A stretch of DNA of 64,000 bases from Lingula anatina (GCA_051362555.1 CM120645.1:15934001-15998000); one strand, 5' to 3'; shown: positions 51,726-63,910, counted from the first letter of the stretch. Numbers and translations are program-made. Notes: generated by a model from the letters alone, not told the origin.

Positions 51726-52852
51726 TTATGTTGTTAATATCAAGGATAAGGGCTCCAAGGTAGGCTGGTAGATTACCTCTGTGCAGAGCCTTAAAAGGGC
51801 AGGGCAATGGAACTCCCGCGTGTTCACAAAGGTCTTTTTCATTTGGATAAAGGTAACTGTCGTTATTTGAAAACACTAAATTCTTATATAAAATACTGTT
51901 GTTCAGAAAGTTAATCAGAATACAAAATCAACTGACACTGAAAGTATAAAGTTACGAACTGATAGTCTCTGATGGGAAATACAATATCTGTTTTCGAAAG
52001 CTACTCATATAATATTGCATCTTTCATAACTATCAACTCGTTAAAGGTCGCGTCCTTGACTTTCCGACATGAAGTTTACTGTAATGAAGGATGTCAATCT
52101 GTTGATATTGAACATGAGCACCTATTACTTCAAACCGCACTGCGGTCAAACTGCAGTCAATATCGTTTCTGCGTTGTAGTATTTTGTTTCCCTATTCAAC
52201 ATACCTTCACAGTAATAACAATTCTAAAAATGTAACGGCTACGACAAGCTGTTTATATTTTCTAGTTATTAACTGAAGTCTCATAGCGCAATAAATACTA
52301 GAAAAGCATGCATTCCTAAGGGCAAGTAAGACACTTTAAACCTCGATTGCATGTGCCATTGTTAGCGTGGTTTTGCCAGGAATCAATCACGATAACTCGA
52401 CTTCAGAGTCTTGCCTTGTAACCTTCTTCCTTGCCGCTCCCAACAGTGCAGCTTGTCCTCACAAACAAACAAGGGCCAATTAATACAAGAACCAACCAAG
52501 CTTATGTTAAAACTAGGGTGGAAATGCAATTCCAGAGGTTATGGTTATCAGAGAAAAAAGTACATCAAATTATTTACTGACCGATGCCTGACTTTTCAGC
52601 CTCATTACTCCCATGCTGGCAATTTGTGGTCTTTGCCAGGGAAAATTGGTTTTTAATAGAGGTGTTGGCACAGCATGATCATCAAGAGCCTAATTAACTA
52701 TTTGAAGTCCCCTCTCTTAATTTGCCTAAGGTGCTACAAATACAGGTGACCAAAATTTTCTTAGTACAGTCGCGCCTCTTGGCAGTAGATTGACACGTTG
52801 ACGTTGACGTTGACGTCTCTTCATAAGAAGTTACACTTTGAAAGCGGACACC

Positions 52853-52926
52853 ATGGAGACCTGGAAAATGCTGCTCTGTGCAGGGCTTATCGGTCTTGGT
52901 TCAGTCGACTGCGTTTCAGAAGTAAG
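52853..52926 (+). CDS. FG-GAP-repeat/zinc-metallopeptidase protein, exon 1 (signal peptide)
   Basis: accATGG context; METWKMLLCAGLIGLGSVDC-VSEV; donor AG|gtacgt, phase 2, matches the acceptor before 53155. Confidence 0.75.
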
Positions 52927-53154
52927 GTACGTAGTTTATTTCGTAGTCAAAAGCTGAGACCTATACTTCTTCAGATCGGCCTTTGCCGTACTTCGACTAC
53001 TGTTCGCTGCCTAACAGATTTCAAGGCGTCCTGAAATTGAAGCCTTTGATTTTAGAGGCTCCCGTTGATGACAGTTTAAAACTATTTGCCATTCCAGTTT
53101 TACCATGGTTTAAACAATCAATAACTTTCAAATCCATCCATTTCACTTCTACAG

Positions 53155-54297
53155 ATGGTATAATACAACCTCCATGACAGGTAGCACCCTAAATGCCGAC
53201 TTTGAAGAGGGAAAATATGTAACTGTGAGTGACACAAACAGCGGGGAGGCAATCAGCTTCAGCGGTGCCGCCAATCCATCAGTGTGTGACCTTGACGACG
53301 ACGGCCTTGTGGATATCTTAGTTGGAGCCAAAGGGTACGTGTATCTAATGAAGAATTCGGGCAATGCAGGTGCCGGTCATTTCGAAAGTCCCGCGAAAAT
53401 GACATATTCTGCGGATAAACTGTTCATGAAAGTTGGCAAATTTCGCACCTATGCCGTCTGTGCTGATATGAATGGCGACGGAAAGCTGGACATTGTTGTC
53501 GCTGGGAATATCTATTTCAACCACAACAAGGTGATCTACTATCCAAACATTGGTTCAGCAAGAAATCAACCAGCCTTCGCACAACCCGTGGTATTTCTCC
53601 AGAACATGCCGAAGGAGATAGACGTGCGAATTGACGTAGCTGACTGGAACGCCGACGGCCTTTTAGACATTGTTGTCGGCCGGAACGAAGGCCGCTTTGC
53701 ATTTTACGCCAACACAGGGTCTCCAACATCCCCGATCTTTCTGGAAGAGCGGGTGGACATCCAGCCTGATAGCACTGCGGAGCCTGCGCCCCATCCTCGT
53801 GTTGTAGACTGGGATGAAGACGGCAATCCAGACATTCTATATGGGTCTTATTATTCGGGACCAGGGCTGCAGTACGTGTCAATTGACAATTCTGGCGAAA
53901 CTTACGAGGAAAGTATCCACTATGTAATAGACGGTGAAAAATTCCTCCTGGCGGACAAAGTTGGTAAAAAACTGTCGACGGATGTGGCAGACTTCAATCT
54001 CGACGGGATTGCCGATTTGTTGGTGTCTGGATCTCGAGGTAAAATGGTCATTTTCTGGGGAGCACCTCTCTTAAACAAAGTGAATGAACTGATTGGAATT
54101 ATAGATCGAATCTTGCAAGACTACCCTGAGGATCTTGGTACAGTTATGGCAGAAGACTCAAGTGTTAGCCTCGGCCTTCAGCGAGCACAAGACAAGTTAT
54201 TGGAAATCGCAAACGTGCCATCGTCCGGGTATTTCAAAAACGATTTCTTCAACAAGATGGCAAGTCTGGTAGAAAAACACCCACATTACCTTAAACG
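53155..54297 (+). CDS. FG-GAP-repeat/zinc-metallopeptidase protein, exon 2 (FG-GAP/VCBS beta-propeller repeats)
   Basis: Five DxD/NxDGxxD(I/L) repeats: DLDDDGLVDIL, DMNGDGKLDIV, DWNADGLLDIV, DWDEDGNPDIL, DFNLDGIADLL. Acceptor cttctacag; donor CG|gtatgt. Confidence 0.88.
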
Positions 54298-54544
54298 GTA
54301 TGTATATGCATATACTTTTATTAATTTAATTTTGAGCATGTCAGTTGATCATCTATATTATCTCAATCTTAACAGATTAAATAGAATTTTAAGATTAATA
54401 GGTGCCAGTAACTTAATCGATGGAATGTAGTTATATTATCAAAGCTAACTATACTATAACAAACTCCGGTAACAGTTTGGGCTGGGCTACCAGTACTCGT
54501 ATAACAACGTACATGACTTTTAAGTGATAATTTTACTTTCACAG

Positions 54545-55697
54545 AAGAGTGTTCCAGTCACCGTATCTAGTCTACTTCAGTGGTTACATGTGGACCATTA
54601 TGCTAGAGTGCCGGGCAGACACGGTAGAACACAGAACAGAGCTGGCCAAGGTGACAAACCACACAGGTCCACTATACGACACATTGGTGGGCTCGGGGAT
54701 ACTGGTGATCGACAACGACGCCTCCACCGAAGATGCCAACCGCATGCTTAGAGATTACACAGCATCTCTTCGAGTTGAATACTTTTGGGTGGAACGCATA
54801 AGCATACAGGGCTGTATTGGAGTTATCGACTCAAAGCAGTACCATTGGAGCTGGCTCAAAAAATCGAGTGTTAATATATTCTGCAAAGCCGAAAACTCCG
54901 GTATCAATAAAGCCAGTCTGCCAGGCTGCAGGGTGTGTCAAACGCATGGAAACATACTCGGGAATATGCACATCTCTGTCATAGCGCATGAATTGGCGCA
55001 CAACTCCATTACCAATCTTGGCAGTGTATCTTCCACCGAGGCCCTTAGAGCACGAAAACTCACCTTGATGCACAGGGTGCTGAAGGACTGCCCAGACATC
55101 ATGTGGAAAGAAAACCGGGAAGTAGACAAAGGCGCTACCTTAGATCACTTCGAGGCTCAAGGTTGGTTAAACGCTGACACGGATAACTTTGGAGTCGTTA
55201 TAAAGAGGTACTTTGATGGGAAATGGGTTCCAGAAGCAGCAAACTATAAGTATGATATTATAACAAATGTAAACCCTGGCGTCGTAATCGTTAATAGCCC
55301 AAATGAGTACTTCGCCTCCATCGCGCAGTGCTGGGCCCAAGATTCCAAAATGCTTCTCGATATTGCAGTTGAACGATTCCTGGTCGGGTACAAGGAAAGC
55401 ATCAACCAGATTCTCCTGCTGGCTGAATACTACTCGGTAGGGGGCGACACCACACGTTTCTGGATGCACAACAAAAAAGGCGACGTCTACTCTTTTGATG
55501 TAGACCTCGAACGGGATGTCAAAGGCAATATTATTTCGATGTCAGTCCCGAAGGCAACGGAACGGGATCCATTGGACAAGGGTGGTGCATATCTTGTCCA
55601 TCTTGATTCTCCGCATGTGTATGAGTTTGCAGTAGATGACGACGGCTTTGTCGTCAAAATTATAAATTTCCCTTCTTACATTGCTGCTGCAAATTAA
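54545..55697 (+). CDS. FG-GAP-repeat/zinc-metallopeptidase protein, exon 3 (HEXXH domain)
   Basis: Acceptor ctttcacag, phase 2; VIAHELAHNS (54987-55001) and downstream NEYFASIA; stop TAA at 55697. Three exons total 2370 nt. Confidence 0.88.
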
Positions 55698-56322
55698 TTA
55701 GGCCTAATGTCATCTCAACACGAGGGTATGGTGAGTGTGTTTATGTGTACCGAGGCTCGCTTTGCCGTAAGAAATCAACATACATGTACCGGTAGTGGTG
55801 TGGATGAGAAACGACCATCATTAGTGAAAACTCTATTAAGATCTTCAATGAAAACGTACGCAAAATACATTATAAGTTTTATAATTTTTATCTATTAATA
55901 TATTTTTTAGTAATCAATGTATACATGTACTTGGTGAGCATGTTTTGTTAATTACAGTACGCAGTGTTTTTATCTGATAGGCCAATTATTAACCAAGCCC
56001 TAAAGAGTCGCACTTTCAACTGTGTTGGGTATATATAAAGAAAATCTACAACAACAACAAACCGCATTTGATTCGTCATATCGAACGTCCTAAAGTGATT
56101 TCTCGTCCAAATACCTCTTCCCATCAGAATAAGTCAAAGCAAATAAATCATAACTTCCCATACTCAGTCAGAAGACACGATGACTTTTGAGCTTGTTGAA
56201 CAACCTAGATTGCTTTTGGTTGTGCTTTTGCAGCGTGACAGCACAACTGTAGCAATGACGTAGCTTCCAATGCAAAGATACTATTGGACTTTTTATAACT
56301 AAGATAAAATGGGTTAATCTTT

Positions 56323-56605
56323 CCCGCACGAAAATGCGGTAGTATCGAAGTAGAAAAGAAGCATTAACGCAGTAGTGGTGTGGAGCATATTTGCAGTAGA
56401 AATGCAGCATAGCCTACTGCAATTCTACTCCAAAAAGTACATAGGTTTGTACAGAGAGGAGCATTAATGCAGTAAATTAGCAGCATGATAGAAGCATGTT
56501 TCAAATATGCTAATTAGCTCCCTAATCGAAGCAGATTTGAAGCATGTTTGCATTATGATTGCAGTAGTCTACTGCGCTGGAGTATCTACTGCGTTTTCTT
56601 GCGGG
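56323..56605. mobile_element. MITE with CCCG termini, EnSpm/CMC-like
   Basis: TIR CCCGCACGAAAATGCGGTAG / CTACTGCGTTTTCTTGCGGG; TT on both flanks; internal GCAGTA/GCAT repeats. Confidence 0.6.
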
Positions 56606-56734
56606 TTATCAAATACCTTAATCAACGCCCCTAAATAGTGAACCTCACCAGACGCTTTCAGGTTTGACGCGAAATTAGTTTAAAAGTCGTTCGAAGGGTT
56701 AATTTGCATTTTTGGTGAAGTAAGCAGTGCTCAT

Positions 56735-56751
56735 GTCCTCACTACGGTGGG

Positions 56752-56791
<40 letters not shown>

Positions 56792-56842
56792 GGCCCCTGG
56801 CGCAAGGATGACACGCACATTCGTGAAGCGTTCCATATTTTT
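56735..56842 (+). ncRNA. U6: U6 snRNA full-length copy (probable retrocopy; 5' part of a U6/LINE chimera)
   Basis: 5' stem-loop GTCCTCAC-TACG-GTGGGAC, then ATATACTAAAATTGGAACGAT-ACAGAGA-AGATTAGCATGGCCCCTG(G)CGCAAGGATGACACGCACATTCGTGAAGCGTTCCATATTTTT. One extra G and one A>C against the conserved metazoan core. Confidence 0.95.
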
Positions 56843-59800
56843 AAAAAATGATTATGTAAGCAAACGGCGTGATTTTGACCATGCTAAACAACGAGCTAAA
56901 CGCCAGTTTTGGCGTAAATCGCAAGAAGAACTCTTACAAAAACAAACCAGTGATCCACGGAACTTCTGGAGAGATATTGGTCGCATCGGAATTCAGAAGG
57001 ATAGAAAAAGTACCATTCCCATGGAAGTACTGAGAGATGATGGATCTGTCTCCACGGATATCACTGAGGTTTTATTGAAATGGCAAAATGACTATGCAGG
57101 TCTATTCAGTGTGTCAGATAAAAATTGTGATAGTTTTGATAAATCTTTCTTAGCCCAGGTTAATGAGAAACTTTATAGTTATAGACAGGGTGAACTTGAT
57201 ACACCAGATTTGAGTGCCAGTCTTAACACTGATATTACGTTTAAAGAAGTTGAGCTTGCAGTTAATGGTGCTAAGTGTGGTAAAAGCCCCGGGCTTGATG
57301 ACCTGCCCTCGAAGGTCTTAAAAAACAATACAACTATTATATTTTTGTACAACCTGTTTAAGTACTGTTTTGCTAATTCTGTGGTCCCTAGTGATTGGCT
57401 TAGGTCTGTCATTAATCCCATACCGAAAGGTAGTGGTGTTAATTCATGCAACCCACTAGAATATAGAGGAATAACATTATCATCTAGCATATATAAGATA
57501 TACACATCTATTCTGAATAGGAGATTATCGAAGTGGGCAGAAGATAATGAAATAATAGTTGACGAGCAAAATGGTTTTAGACAAGACCGTGGGTGTTTAG
57601 ATCACATGTATGTAATGTCCAGTATAATAGAAAATAGTTTAAAGCAAAAGCAGAGCATATATGCCTGTTACATCGATGCAAGAAAAGCATTCGACAGAAT
57701 TAATAGGTCTCTTTTATGGTATAAATTATTTAAACTAGGAATATGCGGAAATTTTATGAATTCCCTCCAGGCTTTATATGATAACCCAAAGTGCTGTGTT
57801 AGGGTAAATAACTATACAACAGGTTTCTTTGATATTGAAACTGGAGTAAAACAAGGGTGCCTGTTGTCACCTTTACTTTTTGACATTTACATTAATGATA
57901 TGGTACATGATCTGAAAGCTCTGGGTAAAGGCATTAATGTGAACGATGAGCTGATTTGCTCGCTTCTTTATGCAGATGACGTTGTGCTTTTGGCCAAGAA
58001 TGAGGAAGATTTACAGTCAATGCTTAATGTGGTGCACAAGTGGTGTTATAAATGGCAGTTGACTCTGAATGTGGACAAGACCCAGATAGTTCATTTTAGG
58101 TCACCTAAAATACCTAGAACAAATTATGTTTTTAAATGTGGCAATTTTATAGTAAACATTGTTGAGAAATATAAATACTTGGGTATGTGGTATTTTGAAC
58201 ACTTTGATGTGAATAAGACTGTATCATGTATAACTAAGTCTGCAAGCAGAGCTTTAGGTCTTCTGATTGCAAAATGCAAGGCTTGTGGGGGCATGCCCTA
58301 TGCATGCTTTACGAAATTATACGATGCACTTGTAGCTCCTGTGTTAGAATATGGTTCTGCTATATGGGGACTCCAGGAATTTAGTCAGATTAATGCTGTT
58401 TTCAATAGAGCTTGTAGGTATTTTTTGGGCGTGGGTAGGTACGCGCCAGCCGCTGCCACCCGTGCTGAAATGGGATGGATTTTGCCTTTTGAAAAGCAGT
58501 TAATTAAAGTGACAAATTTCTGGTGTAGATTAGCTAATATGGATTGTAATAGGTTGACTAAAAAGGTGTTTTTATGGAGTTTACGTGTATCAAACAATGG
58601 AAAGAAAAATTGGATAACTAGGGTTAAAGGTAAATTTAGTGATCTAGGAGTAAGCCACCTATACGTAACTGATAATGATATATCGAAGGCTAGTACACTT
58701 AATTGTGTTAGGGAGAGTGTAGCTTTTGAATGTCACTCTGATTGGTTGGCGAAGCTATGGGATGATACCCCACGTAGAAATGGAGGTGGAAATAAGCTGA
58801 GGCTATTCAGACTGTTTAAGGGATCTTGGATATTAACGAAAAAGTCCAAAACTAATGCAGCTAATGAAATTTCCTATTAACTTAAAGAAAAGGTCTAGCA
58901 AGCCAAACAATTTTTCAAAGTTTGTAGTCACAGTGTAACACGAGTGACGTAATATCAGCGTTTTGAGGCTAAAATTGTCTTTTTTTTAATCAAGAATTTC
59001 TCCTAAACAAAAAGCCCTATTAATACGATTGAAATAGCTATCTAAAGGTTAGCACAAACTCCATTAAACTCTGTCAGGATTTTCTCTTTTTATTTTTACT
59101 TTTGATTTTATTTTGATAAAACGTGAATTTTACGAAATATATATGGACCTTCCAATTTCAGTAATAATAACTTCAAAAATAAAAGGTCAATCTAAAAACC
59201 AAGACTCAGACGACTAGATATTATACTGAAACAGAGACACATCAAATTTCATGTCAATCTGACAGTTACAGAATGAGATATGGGGATTGAAGTTTAGACT
59301 ATGTTATCAATCTTCAAAGCTGAGAAATCGCTCCTAAACCATTTTGCTCAGGTAATTGGGCTATTTAAGCAAAATAATTGCACCTCCACCTTACCTGTTA
59401 TCATCTTGTTGATCGGGAAGGTCTATACACCATTACGTGTTAAAATTGGGTTGTTTGTTTCTATCTAGATGCCAGAAAATCTTACTTTTGTACGCAAACT
59501 TATTCGTACCACGAAAGTCGCTCTTCCCTGGGAAATGATTGACAGCTGAGTAGGTCTACCTACTCTCGTTTCACTGACGTAATTAATCATAATTGTGCCT
59601 GACGCAGTAGGAGTCTGTGCACTGTCTAGGAAGTGTCTAAGGAAGCGCTTACAAACAAAAAGAGGATTACTTGGTGTGCCAGCAGAGGACAATGCCACCC
59701 GTCGTGCGTGGGCGCCGCTCTACACACCAAGACGCGAAAATTGAGAAAGTAAAGCAAGATTTACTCCGAGAAATGGCCGAATGTGGGTACGTATATGCCA

Positions 59801-60909
59801 TGATGCCACAGAGTGCCAAGACCGTAATATGCGAATTTGAAAATGTTTTGGGTGGCAATATTACTTTAAAACTTGCTTGCTATTACAATCTTTATTGTGC
59901 ATAAAATGATTGCCTAACGATTTTTTTCTGACAACTCCAGACGTTGTACGAATACTCAGCAGTTCAAGTGTGATCTCGAGTCTTTACCGCGGGGTTTCTC
60001 CATCCACCAGAAGCACTCTCTTTCAAAATTCTCTTGCTTTCCTCGCTCATCCGTTTTCTCACGACTTTCTTTCTTCCCATGACTGTGTATATAACTGTGT
60101 TCTGCTTAGCTGACGTAAGACTTATGAGCTGCCAGGGCACGCGTAACAGCTTAAGAAGTTAGACAACCATTCTTGCCCCGCCCCCATAGTAACGGTGCTT
60201 GACAACGGAGGCGGAGCCTAAAGCCTGCCACCCGTACCAGTCAGGACAGGTAGAAAAACTCGTCCAAATGTATATTTTTAGTCCGTGTTTCACAAATATT
60301 ACTTAATTAAGTATTAGATACAAAATTGATTATTTCTAACGTATAAAAAACTAAAAATCGAGTTTTAGACGCATTTTTAATATCCTAGACCCCTTAAGCA
60401 AGACTTGGTAGTTAGTGAATACATTAAGAAACCAACTTTATCGCTCAAGCACCGGCGGGCATTGGCTAAGCTGAGATGTGGGGTGGCCCCACTCAGAATA
60501 GAAACTGGACGGTATGAAAAACTTCCAGTGCTGGAGAGAACGTGTGTACTCTGTGAATCAGGTTGTGTTGAGGATGAGATTCACTTTTTAATTAATTGTC
60601 CATTTTTTAATGATTATCGTACTGATTTAATTAGAACTGCTAAATGTTTTAAGCCGGATTTTGATTTATTGGATGAAGTAAGCAAATTTCTTTTCCTGAT
60701 TGATGATCCAAAAATGATTTTTAGCACTGCCAAAGCCTGTAGCCTTTTCTTAGGATTAAGAAGAAATTTTATGTATTTAAACTGTAATTAGTTCTTTTAG
60801 TCTCTCATAGTTCTCTGTATAGAACTGCCTGATGACTGTTTTAATTTTTATTGTTTTTAATTGTATCTATGGGTGAGACTTTAATAAAATAAATTGAATT
60901 GAATTGAAT
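56843..60909 (+). mobile_element. 5'-truncated RTE-X-like non-LTR retrotransposon (RT plus C-terminal CCHC), split by a Kolobok-like insertion
   Basis: RT motifs KSPGLD, PIPK, YRGITL, EQNGFR, DARKAFD, GVKQGCLLSP, YADD (57969-57980), YKYLG. C-terminal LRIETGRY..CVLC..EDEIHFLINC at 60405-60791; (AATTG)n tail; no endonuclease domain. Clade assignment is from motif recall. Confidence 0.9.
58820..60393. mobile_element. Kolobok-like non-autonomous DNA transposon
   Basis: TIR GGGATCTTGGATATTAA / TTAATATCCTAGACCCC; TTAA TSD at 58816-58819 and 60394-60397; purine-purine start (piggyBac would start CCY). Confidence 0.88.
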
Positions 60910-62495
60910 TGCTCATAGTTAGAAAGAATGAGGGTCCACGTGTGTGTTTGGGGGGGGGGGGGGGGGAAGGATTGTAACAGACACGTGCCCACGGACACGT
61001 GCCCAAGAGCTTTGAAAGAATTTTTTTCTCTCACCAACCTGTCCAGTAAGAACAATAATAATTTTTTCCTTCTACCTCGCTTTGCTCGAAACTTTTTAAA
61101 TTAACTCATCCCTTTATCATAAATCAAGCAAACAAGCAAGCTATCTTGCAAAAGTCTAGAACTTATAATTTAAATTAATAGACCAAAATTATATCCTTTT
61201 CATCATTATATCTCTTTATTTGACTTAGATTTCCATTAATTATTTTAGTGTTTCTCTTGGAAATAATTTTGAACCCAAGTTTGGAAGTTATTGGTAGAAA
61301 ACACATCTAAGATGTACCTTTTTAAGAAAAACTTACATATTCTGATGGCCACATGTAACAACATTTTAAAAACTGTTGATTATTTCCATTAACTTTCAAG
61401 ACTGAGTCGATGCAAATCTTAAATTATTATTTCATAATATAAAGAATCAACAACTCCAAAGGAGCAACTAGTTATAGGACAACATCCACTTCTTACAATG
61501 AACTTTCCAGGTCTGCATTTGCTCATCTGGTAATTATTTGATAGCATAAAAAGAAAATTCATTAAAAGAATTCATTAAAAGAAAATTTCTATCAAAAGGA
61601 TGAGATCTTGTTCTATAATTAATTATCATGATAATATATAGTATTGACAGTTCTTATTGTATTAGCATTGCACTGGACAATCAAAATGCCCAGGTTTATC
61701 AGAAATGGAGCAGATGTAAGTATTAGTATGTCATTTGCTTGCACATGCTTTACTGCTTTTTTAAAGACCGACAATGTACATGTACATTGCACCTTTATAT
61801 AACACAAAAGTTTATATTTTCCTTGAAAATTTACCATTTTTCCTAAATTACTAAGGTTAATCCTATATAAACCCGTTGAAAAAAATGAAATAAAACGTTA
61901 ACTGTTTTTCAAGTTATCATTTTTTAATTGTTACCTTTTTATGGTTTCAAATGAATTAGTTCAAAAATCTCCTTACATGTATGTACTACAAAAGAATGTG
62001 AAACTTTAGAGAGAATCAATGGGACACGTAATTTTTTGAAGGATGCAAAGTTGTATTAAAAATCTAAAAGCAATTGTCTAGAAAGTCTTACCATTTCAGA
62101 ATAAGTTTCCATATAGGGTTCAATCAATTTGTAGTCAAAAATTGAAACTATCACAATTAAACTGCCTTATTATACTGTCAACAATAGACATGTTTAATAT
62201 TGCTCCAAAGCACCATCCTCACATTCTTAATAGTCTTCAGTGTTTTCTTTTTTTAATGTCTATTTCTTATGCCCATGATTGTATACATTGTTCATGGCTT
62301 TCTAACAGTGTCACTACAAACAACAATTCAGTTATGCAAAATAATAGATATATTTTCCCTAAAATATTCAAGTATTATTGTGCCTTTGGTTTGAAGTCAA
62401 GAAGGCTGTAGCTGACAAATATCCCCAAGTTTCTTGACTGATATTACATGGGCAGTTTGGGGATGGGGATTCCAGGCCCCCTTGCAGTGGTTTCT

Positions 62496-62608
62496 TTAAT
62501 TACTTGACCCCAGACTGATGGCCTTCTTCCAAACTACTGGCCGGGTTTTGTGATTTTGCCCCATTGGAACTGCATTGTACTTGTTGAGCAGATGCACTTG
62601 GGTCTTAA
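62496..62608 (-). CDS. Possible terminal exon of an unidentified gene entering from the right
   Basis: Good acceptor tttccatttcag; GC-richer block translating (phase 1) KTQVHLLNKYNAVPMGQNHKTRPVVWKKAISLGSSN*; followed by AT-rich UTR-like DNA. No homology recognised. Confidence 0.3.
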
Positions 62609-63259
62609 CTGAAATGGAAAATTAGCAGATAGTAAATATGGTGACTTGGCAATTTTTTTCAAAATCACTGAAAAGATATCAAGAGTTTTGATGCCCCCCC
62701 CTTCTTCTTACATCCTGTGCATCTCCTCCCCCTTTTGAATACTTCATAAAAATTTGCCCAACTTTTTTCTTGTATTTTTATTACTACTTTCAAATGTACT
62801 AGTACCTGCTTCTATGTCAATGTCTGTGAATATCAACATAATTGAGATTTTCTGCTACATTGACACCCAAATAACATATTAATTATTGCAGTGATTTTTA
62901 TTTTGAGTACTGTACCTATGATATATTACTGTATGTCACAGGCAGGATTGAAATCCAGGCAGATTTTTAAGTTGCTTAGGCCAGATTGAAATCACAAGTC
63001 ACAGATATTTTAAATTGTTATAAAAAGATTAAACACATCCCTATAAAAGCTATTTTTGTAATACAATATATGGTCTAGAGCATCTTTTATTAACTGTCTT
63101 GCACACACGGGATTGAAAAACATTTATTTTTCGATCTTGCCCAGGAGACTTTAAATCTGCTGTGATGTCAAATTGTAATGCCTGTGACATATACACAACA
63201 TATTAACAAAAGTAACCAACTTCTCACATTGAACAACGATAAAATTAACAAATCAAATA

Positions 63260-63910
63260 CTAAAAAAGCACTACGAGAGTGCAGACCTACGCCAAGGCAG
63301 CAATTTTTTATTATTATTGATTGATTACTGATCCGGGTCACCACCACTAATCACTTTTAAGTTAACCCATTTCTGACCTACCCTGAAAATTTCATCAAAA
63401 TCGGTCCCTAACTTTCTGATTTATGTTGATGATTGGTTTTTGATTATTGATTGATTATTGATGCAGATCACCACCAAAAACTAATCACTTCTAAGTTAAC
63501 CCATTTCTGACCTACCCTGAAAATTTCATCAAAATCGGTCCCTAACTTTTTGAGTTATGTTGATGATTGGTTTTTGATTATTGACTGATTATTGATCAAG
63601 ATCACCACCAAAAACTAATCACTTCTATGTTAACCCATTTCTGACCTACCCTGAACATTCATCAAAATCGGTCCATAACTTTTGGAGTTACTAGTATGTT
63701 GCTGATTGATTTTTGATTACTGATTATTGATTATTGATGCAGATCACCACCAAAAACTAATCACTTCTAAGTTAACCCATTTCTGACATACCCTGAAAAT
63801 TTCATCAAAATCAGTCCATAACTTTTTGAATTATGTTGATGACAGTCAAAAAAACAAAATAAACAAACAGACATACAGGGGTGAAAGCATAACCTCCTTG
63901 GTGGAGGTAA
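63260..63910 (-). mobile_element. Helentron-associated non-autonomous element (HINE-like) carrying ~4 tandem 134-142-bp repeats
   Basis: Subterminal inverted repeat ACCTACGCCAAGG / CCTTGGTGGAGGT; short hairpin GCACT..AGTGC at one end; ACAG/AAAC microsatellite-like tract; A/T-run flanks; AAGTTAACCCATTTCTGAC-like motif recurs near 63359, 63493, 63627 and 63769. Confidence 0.75.

Noticed and set aside
54298-54430. C-terminal extension of ORF 53174-54430, read as a separate gene from ORF 54549-55697
   Set aside because: AT-rich read-through into a GT-AG intron; the two ORFs splice in phase into one gene.
52853-55697. Bacterial contamination as the source of the FG-GAP gene
   Set aside because: It has two phase-consistent spliceosomal introns and a separate signal-peptide exon, has no operon context, and is contiguous with animal TEs and tRNAs.
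56500-56734. Functional U6 promoter (octamer-like ATTTGCAT at 56702-56709, ATGCTAAT near 56507)
   Set aside because: No TATA box at about -30; the octamer is far too close for a distal element; the upstream motifs lie in a MITE; the TSD starts exactly at U6 -1. A retrocopy fits better.
58820-58880. Apparent natural stop of the RT ORF at 58880
   Set aside because: The last 20 codons come from the inserted Kolobok-like element.
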